From positions 1 to 58,368 of IMG/VR virus record IMGVR_UViG_3300049259_000040: DNA of 58,368 bases, one strand, 5' to 3'. Source of the stretch: a virus (Duplodnaviria; Caudoviricetes). How positions within the stretch are numbered: position 1 is the first letter of the stretch; every line of letters starts with the position of its first letter. The position numbers and the translations under genes are program-made. Below the pieces are notes generated by a model, which saw only the letters and a list, made by a program, of their open reading frames with translations, did no database searches and had not been told where the DNA came from. Of the stretch, positions 17,296 through 25,980 are shown piece after piece.

Positions 17296-19665
17296 GTGGA
17301 CGGACAAGAAGTAGGACCGGAACAGCAGCAGGACGACGATCCGTTTGCGCCCGCCGTCGAGCCCGAGCCCAGTTACGTCAAAGAGAAGACGTATTGGGCC
17401 AAGTGGAAGGGCGACGACCTGATCGACGCGTTGAAGGAGAAAACGCGCGACTTCTACGAGGCTGCGCGACTTCAAGGCCTGCTCGATCGTTGGATTATCT
17501 CGTACGCGTTCCACCACGGCACGACGCCCGACGACTTGCGCGAGCTCGCGACGATGGTCGTCAACTTCACGGGCGCCGAGCTCGAGCGCGTGCGTTTCCA
17601 CATCAACTTGAACCGCAGCTACAACCGGCACAGCGCGATCATGGCGCTCGGCGAGAAGCCGGCGTTCAAGGCCAAGACGCTGAACAACGACCAGCGCAGC
17701 CTCGCGAAGGCTGAGCTGTCAGACAAGATCGTGAACGGCCTGTACGGTCGCTACTACGAGAAGTACGACGCGCCAGTGGCCGAGGGCGAAGGCTTCGCGG
17801 GCGCGTGCGGCACGCATACGAAGTGGGATTTCAAGAGCGGCGACGAGGTCACTGTCGACGCGCCGAGCAAGCGGCCTGTCATCGACCCGAACACTGGGCA
17901 GCCGGCGACTGACGGCCAGGGCAATCAGCTCCTGACCGACATGACTGACGAGCAAGGCAATCCCGTCACGCATCCCGTGCAGACGGTGAGCGGCGCTCCG
18001 CAGGTGTCGGTGTTCTACCCATGGAACAAGGTCATCGAGACGCAGACGACGGCGAACGGCGACGACCTGTGGACCATCATTCGCGAGCCTGACAACAAGT
18101 GGAACGTCATCGCGCAGTTTGGCGAGGAGTACACCGACGACGTCTTGGCGCAGGAGCCTGGGTTCAACGACGAGTACAGCTTCTGGCGTCTCTTCAACCT
18201 GCAAGCACTCGAGAGTCGCAACAAAGACACGCTGATCGTCCAGCACTTCTATCACGCACGCTGCCCCGCGATGCCGGACGGCCGCTACGTCGTGTTCGTC
18301 GGCGACGTCATGTTGTGGGATGGGCCGTGCCCGACGAAAGAAGGCCTGCCCATCAGCGAGATGTGCTCGTCCAAGTGGGTCGAGACGGTGTTTCCGTTCG
18401 CCGACAGCTGGGACATCGTCTCGCTGTGCCAAGCGCTCAATCAGTGCACGAGCGATGAGCTGCAAAACCTGTCGCTGTTCGGTCGACAGACGACGTACGG
18501 ATGGAAAGGCAGCGGCGTCACCGGCAGCGGCCTGACTAAAGGCACGCACTACGACCTGCCGCCAGACAGTAAGCCGCCCGGCGCAGTGATGCTCGCGCAG
18601 ATGCCGCCGACGCAGGAGTTCAAGTCGTACGTGCTGCAGATGATGGACCGCATGATGGGCCAGAACGGCACCACGCGCGGTGAGCCCGACGCGAACGTGC
18701 GCTCTGGCGAGATGGCCGCGCTCCTCGACTCCATCAGCATTCGCTATCAGAGCTTTCGCCAGCAAGCGGCGCGCCGCTACCGCATTCGCAACGCGCAAAT
18801 CATCGTCGACATGATCGCTCGCTACGGCGAGACGCAGTTCCTGGTCGACATCGCCGGCGTCGAGGATCGCAGCTACGTCATGTCGTTCACGAAGGACGAC
18901 CTTCAGGGCGTGCAGCGCATCGACATGGATGTGGTCAGCCCGATGATGCAGACCGTCAGCGGACGGCTGCAATGGATGAAGGAGCTGCTCGCGATCCAGA
19001 ACCCGCAGGACCGCGCGGGTGCGTACGACTTCGTGGTCAACGGCGACCCCGACACGTTCTTGTTCCGCGATCGCTCTGGCCGCGAGCTGGTGCGCCGCGA
19101 GAACGAACGACTCATCACCGGGAGCGATGACGTTCAGCCATCGGTGACCGACAACCCGTTCATCCACGTCCCGATGCACCAAGCGGCGATCGACAGGCTG
19201 CTCAGCGCTGACGAGCCTGACATGGCAGCGGTCAACCGCGTGCGCATGCACATGCTGATGCATCAGTCGACGTACCTGATGGATGCGCAGCCGCTCATGT
19301 GCCAGCAGCTGGGCTTCCAGCCGCCACCGGCCATCGGCCCGACGCAGCAGCAGATGCAACAGGCGCAGTTCGATCCGAGCACGCCGATGGGCAACGCCGC
19401 CTGGCGCTTCCAACTGCAGGTGCAGGGTGGCGCTCCCATCGTTCCTCCCGTTGCGCCGCTCGCGCCCAATGGCGCCCAGCTGAACCAGGGCGCTCCTGGA
19501 CAGCCACCGCCGAACCAAGCAGCCGGCGCACCGACGTCGCTCGGAGCGCCCAGCGACCCGAGCTCGCCCGGCACTTCGGGCACGCCCCAAACCGATCACC
19601 CCGGCACGGGCACTCCCATGCCGCAACCGTCTCAGCCGCCGCCGCAAGCCGGCGCGCAAGCGTAG
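17296..19665 (+). CDS. Portal protein (P22-like, long Pro/Gln C-terminal tail)
   Basis: 789 aa after TerL; RG...VRSG...LL and DNPFIHV..H motifs typical of podoviral portals. Confidence 0.8.
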   Translation: MDGQEVGPEQQQDDDPFAPAVEPEPSYVKEKTYWAKWKGDDLIDALKEKTRDFYEAARLQGLLDRWIISYAFHHGTTPDDLRELATMVVNFTGAELERVRFHINLNRSYNRHSAIMALGEKPAFKAKTLNNDQRSLAKAELSDKIVNGLYGRYYEKYDAPVAEGEGFAGACGTHTKWDFKSGDEVTVDAPSKRPVIDPNTGQPATDGQGNQLLTDMTDEQGNPVTHPVQTVSGAPQVSVFYPWNKVIETQTTANGDDLWTIIREPDNKWNVIAQFGEEYTDDVLAQEPGFNDEYSFWRLFNLQALESRNKDTLIVQHFYHARCPAMPDGRYVVFVGDVMLWDGPCPTKEGLPISEMCSSKWVETVFPFADSWDIVSLCQALNQCTSDELQNLSLFGRQTTYGWKGSGVTGSGLTKGTHYDLPPDSKPPGAVMLAQMPPTQEFKSYVLQMMDRMMGQNGTTRGEPDANVRSGEMAALLDSISIRYQSFRQQAARRYRIRNAQIIVDMIARYGETQFLVDIAGVEDRSYVMSFTKDDLQGVQRIDMDVVSPMMQTVSGRLQWMKELLAIQNPQDRAGAYDFVVNGDPDTFLFRDRSGRELVRRENERLITGSDDVQPSVTDNPFIHVPMHQAAIDRLLSADEPDMAAVNRVRMHMLMHQSTYLMDAQPLMCQQLGFQPPPAIGPTQQQMQQAQFDPSTPMGNAAWRFQLQVQGGAPIVPPVAPLAPNGAQLNQGAPGQPPPNQAAGAPTSLGAPSDPSSPGTSGTPQTDHPGTGTPMPQPSQPPPQAGAQA

Positions 19666-19674
19666 GAGCCGACA

Positions 19675-21045
19675 GTGTCAGAAGGACCTTTCAGCGGAGG
19701 TGCCGAGGGCATCTCGATGTCAGTAGGCGAGGGCAGTGACGCCCCCGGCCAGAGCGAACAGCAGCCCGCACAAGACCAGGGGCAGCGTCAGCAAGAGCAG
19801 CGTGCGCCTCAGCGCCAGCGCGCTCCGCAGAAGCCGCAGCGAGCGTCTATCGGCGACTTTGGCCGGTACGCGGGCCAGCCCGAGACGTACACCGACGTCG
19901 ATGGCTCGCCCGAGGACCCGTCAGACCCGCTGTCAGGGCTGGTGGACCGATCGGTCCAGGGGCAGGCAGGCCAGGAGCTGGCGACCGTCGCGGACGAGCA
20001 GGAGGCCGTGCGCAAGCAGTCGGCGAAGGACGCGCGCGCCGCCAACGGCAAGCCCGAGCCGGAGTACGAGGCGACGCTCGTCGAAGATGACGCGCGCGTG
20101 CAGTCCGACCCGCGCTACGCCGAGTGGCAGAAGAAGGCTGAGCAGCTCGACGCCATCATGACGGGGCAGCTCGAGCATGACGATTACCTCGGCATGCTCA
20201 TCCCTCACGAGTTCGACGGCGGTCGGAAGGGAACCATCAGCGTCAAAGAGCTGAAGCGCGGCAACCTGCGCGAGGCCGACTATCACAAGAAGCTGCGCGA
20301 ACTGCACCAGCTGCGGCAGCGCTACGAGGTCGCCGAGCAGGGCCTGCACCAGTTCGTCGGCGCGATCGTCAGCGGTGAACCGAACCAGTTCTTCGCCGCG
20401 ATGAACATCGTCCCCGGCGCGATGGAGACGTTCAAGAAGTCGGCGCTCGTGTTCGGCTTCCAACTCGACGCCGAGAACCAGCTTGCGCCCGAGCTGCGTC
20501 AGGCGATGCAGGAGAAGCGCCAGCTTCAAGCGATCGCACAGCGTCAGCAGCTGGAGATTCAGAATCTGCAGCGCATGCAGCAACAGCAGGTGCAGCAGCA
20601 GCCCGGGCCCGACGCCGCGTTCCTCGAGCATCAGCTGCAGCAGTTCCTGCCGCTCGCCGCCAAGCGTCTTGCCGAGCGCGGCACGCCGTACGTGGACAGC
20701 CCGCTCGCGCAGAGGCTCGGCAAAGAGACGTGGGACGTGTTCATCCAGAACTTCAACGGCAGCGTGACGCTCGATGACGTGGTCGACGTGCTCGCGAGCA
20801 TCCAGCAGCAGGTCGCTGACTACATCGCGAGCGGGTACGTCCAGCATGTTCCGGAGGCGTCGAGACAGCTTCCCCCGGTCGGCCGCACTGCACCAGCACC
20901 TTCGGGAGCGCTCGCTCAGCGCGCCGGCGCACCCAACTACGCCGGCAGCGTGAACCAGGCGCCGCGCGGCAGCGGAGCGTCGAACGGTCGCCCGCCCGAG
21001 CGCATGCGCATCGGTGACATCGCTCAAATCAACAGGATGCGCTGA
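19675..21045 (+). CDS. Capsid scaffolding protein
   Basis: Disordered acidic N-terminus; SVKELKRGNLREADYHKK scaffold motif; coiled coil; between portal and MCP. Confidence 0.75.
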   Translation: MSEGPFSGGAEGISMSVGEGSDAPGQSEQQPAQDQGQRQQEQRAPQRQRAPQKPQRASIGDFGRYAGQPETYTDVDGSPEDPSDPLSGLVDRSVQGQAGQELATVADEQEAVRKQSAKDARAANGKPEPEYEATLVEDDARVQSDPRYAEWQKKAEQLDAIMTGQLEHDDYLGMLIPHEFDGGRKGTISVKELKRGNLREADYHKKLRELHQLRQRYEVAEQGLHQFVGAIVSGEPNQFFAAMNIVPGAMETFKKSALVFGFQLDAENQLAPELRQAMQEKRQLQAIAQRQQLEIQNLQRMQQQQVQQQPGPDAAFLEHQLQQFLPLAAKRLAERGTPYVDSPLAQRLGKETWDVFIQNFNGSVTLDDVVDVLASIQQQVADYIASGYVQHVPEASRQLPPVGRTAPAPSGALAQRAGAPNYAGSVNQAPRGSGASNGRPPERMRIGDIAQINRMR

Positions 21046-21470
21046 TGTCGTCGGATGACTTCGACCCAACACGCACGCCGCCAGCGCCCGAGCCCGTCAC
21101 GCCGATACGTGAGCGGCCTATCAGCCGACAACAGGCGAAGTGGATAGAGAACAGGACGCGCGGCGCAGTCGACGCGATGATCGGCTCGACCGAGCGGCGG
21201 CAGAAGCTCGCCGACGAGGCCATCGCTGAGCGCGAGGCCAAGAACTTGGAGCTTCAGCGCAAATGCCTGGACTACGAGTTCATCAACCTGCGCCTGCGCA
21301 TAGTCCTCGAGGCGTGCGCGCGCCGTCTTGGCGGACGCGTCGTGTTCGACCGTGAAGAGATTTTGAAGCAGTGCGCGAGAGGTCGCGTAGTGGTGGATGA
21401 AGAGAGTGACAGAATCACGTTGGCGCTTCTTCCAGAGTTAGAAATCGCCACATCTGACACTGAGTGTTGA
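21045..21470 (+). CDS. Hypothetical coiled-coil protein
   Basis: Coupled to the scaffold gene. Confidence 0.55.
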   Translation: MSSDDFDPTRTPPAPEPVTPIRERPISRQQAKWIENRTRGAVDAMIGSTERRQKLADEAIAEREAKNLELQRKCLDYEFINLRLRIVLEACARRLGGRVVFDREEILKQCARGRVVVDEESDRITLALLPELEIATSDTEC

Positions 21471-21503
21471 CTTCGTTGCCACTACATAACAAATCTGTCT
21501 TAG

Positions 21504-21704
21504 CCCGGGACTGCGCGTTAGCTACCCCGCAACACACGCAGTCAGGGTGTCCAAACCCAAACTGACACTGATACCTGAAGCGACGGACTGACAAAGACCA
21601 AACGCTCGCACTCGACGGACGCCAAGCACGCTCACTGAGCACTTAGGCCAGCCGTCATCCAGTACGCGAGATAGTAGTCGGCGCAGCACACCTCGGCGGA
21701 CGGG
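21504..21704 (+). ncRNA. Structured 5' leader of the major capsid gene (candidate cis-regulatory RNA)
   Basis: GACTGCG/CGCAGTC, GGTGTC/GACACT and a nested six-helix arm 21586-21679; GAGTGTTGACT promoter-like site at 21462. Confidence 0.5.
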
Positions 21705-21737
21705 ACCAACCCTGTTTTCCAATCATGAGGTGATGCA

Positions 21738-23084
21738 ATGGCGTCATTGGCTAACGTCAATGGTCTTTTCAAGCAACGTTACGGCCGCTGGATCGAGCCG
21801 CTTCCCGACGAGCACACGCTCGCGGACTTCGGCGACTTCATCCCGGCAGAGGCGCGTCCCGGCCTCGGCTACAACTTCCCGATCCTGAGTGCGATCGAGC
21901 ACGGTCAAACGGCCGACATCTCGGGCACTGCGTTCGCGCTGAACAGCGCGATCGACTCGAACGTGAAGAACGCGAACTTGGATGGCTCGACCATCATGTT
22001 GCGCGCGTCGATCCCGTACGACGTCATCTACAAGTCGTTGAACGGCACCGGCCAAGGCAACCAAGGCGGCGCGTTCAAGACCGCATTGGACCAAGCGGTC
22101 CAGGCGATGCTGATGGGCGCTGGGCTCTACCGCGAGCTCGCTCTCGCGTACGGCCCCGGCAGCAGCACGACGCTCGGCAGTAACATCGGCGTCGTCAACA
22201 GCATCACTGCTGGGACGAACGTCTCGGCGAACCTGACGATCTCGCTCACGCAGTCTTCGTGGATTCCAGGTCTCTGGATTCTCGCGCAGAACATGCTGAT
22301 CGACCTGTTCAACGCAGCCGGCACCACGCTGCAGTCGAACGGGCTGAAGGTCGTGGGCCGACCGGACCCGTCGAAGGCTCAGATCACCATCATCGCGACC
22401 GCTGCGACGACCACGGGCGGCACGTTCGTCCCTGTGGCTGGCAACGTGATCGTTCCGTACGGCTGGTTCAACAAGTCGTGCGTCGGCCTCGAAGCCATCT
22501 ACAACAACACCGGCACGCTGTTCGGTATCGACGCTTCCACGGTCGCTCCGTGGCGCGCGAACGTGTTCAGCGCCGGCAACGCTGCCCTGACTCGCGCGAA
22601 GATCATGTCTTACTGCGCGATCATCTCCATCAACGGCACGAAGAACGGAGGCAGCCTGTTCGTCAGTGCGCCGACGTTCGCCGCGCTCGCTGAGGAGTTC
22701 AACTCGGTGATGACGCCGTCAGCTTCGGGCATCGCCAGCGTCACCACATACGACGGCAACAACAACAAGCGTAGCAAGGAAATCGGCTCGTCCGAGCTTG
22801 CCTACGTGACCGCCGCTGGCGTGGTGAAAGTCGTCGTCTATCAGTACATGAAGCAAGGCGAAGCCTTCTTCATCGCGAACGACAACTTCCGCCGCGTGGG
22901 TTCGACCGACCTCACGATGCGTCCGATCGGCGGCGGCGCGGAAGCGTTCTTCCTGCAAGCGCCGAACAACGCGGGTGCTGAGATTCGTATCTACAGCAAC
23001 CAGGCTCCAGTGTTCGAGATGCCCTACCGGAACTTCCTGGTGAACAGCGTCGTCAACACCGGCTACGACGTGCCGCCCGTCTGA
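21738..23084 (+). CDS. Major capsid protein (HK97 fold, with insertion domain)
   Basis: 448 aa, GAGGTG RBS, position after scaffold, GL..I...GTLFGID...PWRAN motif. Confidence 0.85.
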   Translation: MASLANVNGLFKQRYGRWIEPLPDEHTLADFGDFIPAEARPGLGYNFPILSAIEHGQTADISGTAFALNSAIDSNVKNANLDGSTIMLRASIPYDVIYKSLNGTGQGNQGGAFKTALDQAVQAMLMGAGLYRELALAYGPGSSTTLGSNIGVVNSITAGTNVSANLTISLTQSSWIPGLWILAQNMLIDLFNAAGTTLQSNGLKVVGRPDPSKAQITIIATAATTTGGTFVPVAGNVIVPYGWFNKSCVGLEAIYNNTGTLFGIDASTVAPWRANVFSAGNAALTRAKIMSYCAIISINGTKNGGSLFVSAPTFAALAEEFNSVMTPSASGIASVTTYDGNNNKRSKEIGSSELAYVTAAGVVKVVVYQYMKQGEAFFIANDNFRRVGSTDLTMRPIGGGAEAFFLQAPNNAGAEIRIYSNQAPVFEMPYRNFLVNSVVNTGYDVPPV

Positions 23085-23098
23085 TGTGAGCTGAGGCA

Positions 23099-23123
23099 GC
23101 GGGCGGTCATGGTGGCCGCCCGC
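23099..23123 (+). terminator. Strong hairpin after the MCP gene (terminator or stabiliser)
   Basis: GCGGGCGGTCA-TGG-TGGCCGCCCGC. Confidence 0.5.
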
Positions 23124-23152
23124 GTCTCGCCCCGACTCTCATTGGAGGAATC

Positions 23153-23698
23153 ATGGCAATCGTCGTTCAAGACTGCCCACTCGAAAGCTTCAAGGTTTTG
23201 CCCGGCGTATCCCCGCCGACCCCGTTTCTCGAATACACCCAGACCGGCGTTCTCGCGACACAGTTCCCGTTCACGACTCTCGTCTTCCCTGACAGCGTCT
23301 TGAGCGGCGGATTCTGGATGGTGTCGACTGGCGTTGTCGGCGCTACACCGGCGATCTCGATTGCGATCGACTGGTACTTGGCCAGCGGCGCAACCACAGC
23401 ATTGAATGTGCGCTTTGGCGCCGCCATTGGCGTCGTCGGGTCAACCGCAGCTGGCATTTTCAACGTTCCGTCGAAGGCGCTAGCCACTGCCGTGATGTCG
23501 ACAACCGCTGCGCCTTCTACGGCGTTCGGTTCGGTGCGCACTGCCATCGCTGGAGGCACTGACGGCGGCACTCTCGCTGCCGCGAACGGGCCGTTCACGA
23601 TCGCGATCAAGGTGTTCCGCGATGGCACTGACGCGCTCGATACGGCGGTCGGCGACGTCAAGGTCCGCAAAATCACCGTCCTTTACCAAGACACATGA
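23153..23698 (+). CDS. Virion beta-sandwich protein (decoration-like), paralog of 36042-36548
   Basis: Follows MCP; shares IDWY/VDFY, AAI and K(V/I)FRD...DT..D motifs. Confidence 0.6.
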   Translation: MAIVVQDCPLESFKVLPGVSPPTPFLEYTQTGVLATQFPFTTLVFPDSVLSGGFWMVSTGVVGATPAISIAIDWYLASGATTALNVRFGAAIGVVGSTAAGIFNVPSKALATAVMSTTAAPSTAFGSVRTAIAGGTDGGTLAAANGPFTIAIKVFRDGTDALDTAVGDVKVRKITVLYQDT

Positions 23699-23706
23699 GT
23701 TTCCGG

Positions 23707-23749
23707 GCCAGCGCGGTCTGGTTGGCTCCGCCGCGCTGGCTTCTGGTTT
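23707..23749 (+). terminator. Rho-independent terminator
   Basis: 10-bp stem GCCAGCGCGG/CCGCGCTGGC followed by TTCTGGTTT. Confidence 0.6.
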
Positions 23750-23763
23750 GAAAGGTTTTGCGA

Positions 23764-24474
23764 ATGCCGATGTTCGATCCTTCAATGTTACAGGGCCTGG
23801 CCCAACAGCTCGCCGCTCGCGGCGGCGGACAGGGCGAGGGCGGCGGCGTTCCTGGTGCCGGCGCACCTGAAGGCGGCATGCCGGCAGGGAACACCGGCGT
23901 CGTCCCTCCGTGGCTCGCGCAGATTCGCGGTGGCAACCCGTTGGGTGGACTGCCACCAGGCGCAGCGCAGGGCGGCGGCGGATTCAACCCGCTCGCGGCA
24001 CTGCAAGCACGCTTCGGCGGCATGGGCGGTCATGGACATGGTCACGGTGGCTTCCAGCTGCCTCCGTGGCTGGCTGCGATGCGCGGTCAGGGTGGACAGG
24101 GCGGCACGCCCATCGTCCCGCAAGGTGGCGGGCAAGGCGCAGGCATGCAGGTCCCGCAGAGTGGTGGCATGAGCGCTGGACTCTGGAACCCGGCGCAGTG
24201 GGGCGCAGGCAATCCCAACGCTCAGGCGATCGCTCAGCGCGTGATGCCAGTGGCCGGCGCGAGCCCGCAAGCAGCTCCGCAGACTCCAGCAGCAGCTCCG
24301 GCGCAGACGCAAGCTCGTGCGTGGGACCCATCGTCATGGGGCGCTGGCAAGCCGGACGCTCAAGCGCTGATGCATCAGAACATGGCGACTGACGGTGGCG
24401 AAGAGGGCGTCGTCCAAGGCGCCAAACAGCCCACGGTCGCTGGCGCCAGTCAGCGCGTCAGGCGGTCGTACTGA
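23764..24474 (+). CDS. Gly/Gln/Pro-rich low-complexity virion-region protein
   Basis: Repeated PPWLA..RG and W(N/D)P..WGAG.P.AQA motifs. Confidence 0.6.
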   Translation: MPMFDPSMLQGLAQQLAARGGGQGEGGGVPGAGAPEGGMPAGNTGVVPPWLAQIRGGNPLGGLPPGAAQGGGGFNPLAALQARFGGMGGHGHGHGGFQLPPWLAAMRGQGGQGGTPIVPQGGGQGAGMQVPQSGGMSAGLWNPAQWGAGNPNAQAIAQRVMPVAGASPQAAPQTPAAAPAQTQARAWDPSSWGAGKPDAQALMHQNMATDGGEEGVVQGAKQPTVAGASQRVRRSY

Positions 24475-25007
24475 TGGCGTTTCCCATTCTCGCGCTCGCG
24501 TCGATTGCGGCTGACCTGATGTCCAAGAAGGACGAGGACAACCGCTGGAAGACTGCGAACCTCGGACAGATCGAACAGTCACGCCTCGGCGACTTCAAGC
24601 AGATCGTCCAGGGCGGACGCGCGACGCACGAGTACGGACAGCTTGCTCGGCCGACTGGCAGCAGCGGGCTTGGCGGCGCGCTGCAAGCGCTGGGTTCGCT
24701 CGCAGGTGCATTCGGTGGCGGCTCCGAGAGCGAGACGCCGTCGACCAACCTCGAGAAGCCAGACTTGCTCAAGAACTACGACCCCGAGGCTGACGCCAAG
24801 TACAAGGGCGGCCTCTCGCTATTCAACGAGGACGCTGGCAGCGGCGTTCCCAAGGACATCAGTGCGGCGACCGAGAAGCCGCTCGTCATCGGCGCGATCG
24901 ATGTCTCGCCCGGCAAGCTCACCGATAACCCAGACGACGTGAGCGACAGCCTGACCAAGTCTGTCATCAAGCGCAGCACTCCGAGGTTTGGCGGCTCGTT
25001 CTTCTGA
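24474..25007 (+). CDS. Putative internal virion protein
   Basis: MAFPILALA N-terminus and Gly-rich segment. Confidence 0.55.
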   Translation: MAFPILALASIAADLMSKKDEDNRWKTANLGQIEQSRLGDFKQIVQGGRATHEYGQLARPTGSSGLGGALQALGSLAGAFGGGSESETPSTNLEKPDLLKNYDPEADAKYKGGLSLFNEDAGSGVPKDISAATEKPLVIGAIDVSPGKLTDNPDDVSDSLTKSVIKRSTPRFGGSFF

Positions 25008-25020
25008 GAGGCGGTAGCGC

Positions 25021-25980
25021 TTGAACACGACGGAGCTGATAGCGATCGTTCGCCGCAACTGCATGCTCGAGGATGGAGCGGTTGACTACACGGACACGGT
25101 CATCCTGCGCGAACTCACCGACGCGTTGACGACCAAGTTCGAGCGCTACGTGTTGGACGCGAAGGCGAACTACTGGATCCACAACTTCGACATCGCGCTG
25201 ACCAGCGGGCAGGACTCGTATCGTCTGCCCACGCGTGCGATCGGCGTGAGCAAGGTCGAACTCGCGGGACCTTCGCCGGCTGCGACCGGCTGGGCTCGCT
25301 TGCCGCAGGTGAGCGAAAACAACATCAACTACTTCCAGAGCCCGATCCAGTCGATCGACCAGCCGCAACGCTGGCTCCTGCGCGGCGATAGCGTCGTGCT
25401 CGACCCGTGCCCAGCGAGCGGCTTCAACCTGCGTATCTGGTACTACGTGAAGCCAAGTCGGCTCACACCAGTTCAGGCCATCGGCAACATCTCAGCCGTT
25501 GTTCTCGGTCCGACGCCGCAGATTCAGTACGATTCCGTGCCGCTCGGATACAACTCGGCCGGTAGTAGCTTTGCGCTCACCACGTCGACGCCTATCGACG
25601 TGCTCTCAACTGGCTCGTGGCACGAGCTGAAGCTGGTCAACCAGCTCGCTGCCAGCGTTGGTGGCGCGTCGATGAACTTCCCGGTTGGCACCGACCTGTC
25701 TGACGTGCAGGTCGGTGACCTCGTTCGCGGCGGCGACAACACCGAGTTCCCTCAGATTCCCGAGGACTATCACCGCACGCTTGCTGACATCGCGAGCGTC
25801 AAGATCCTCATTCAGCGCGACTTTCAGAACAAGGCGCTCGGCTACGCGCAGGACGCCAACGCCGACATTCAGCGGTTCGCGAACATGATCTCCCAGCGCG
25901 TGCAGGAGGAGTCGTTCACGCACCGCGCCACGCTACCGTCGCTCCAGCTTGGGCGTTACTGGGGAGGCTACGGGCGCTGA
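25021..25980 (+). CDS. Head-tail adaptor / tail tubular protein A
   Basis: MNTTELI..VR, Y.LP, P.P, YY.KP and P.IPEDYH..L...A motifs. Confidence 0.75.
   Translation: MNTTELIAIVRRNCMLEDGAVDYTDTVILRELTDALTTKFERYVLDAKANYWIHNFDIALTSGQDSYRLPTRAIGVSKVELAGPSPAATGWARLPQVSENNINYFQSPIQSIDQPQRWLLRGDSVVLDPCPASGFNLRIWYYVKPSRLTPVQAIGNISAVVLGPTPQIQYDSVPLGYNSAGSSFALTTSTPIDVLSTGSWHELKLVNQLAASVGGASMNFPVGTDLSDVQVGDLVRGGDNTEFPQIPEDYHRTLADIASVKILIQRDFQNKALGYAQDANADIQRFANMISQRVQEESFTHRATLPSLQLGRYWGGYGR

Noticed and set aside
17719-19659. Long antisense ORFs (also 31435-32916, 37394-38635, 19933-21072)
   Set aside because: Shadow frames of GC-rich coding genes with no RBS or recognisable motifs
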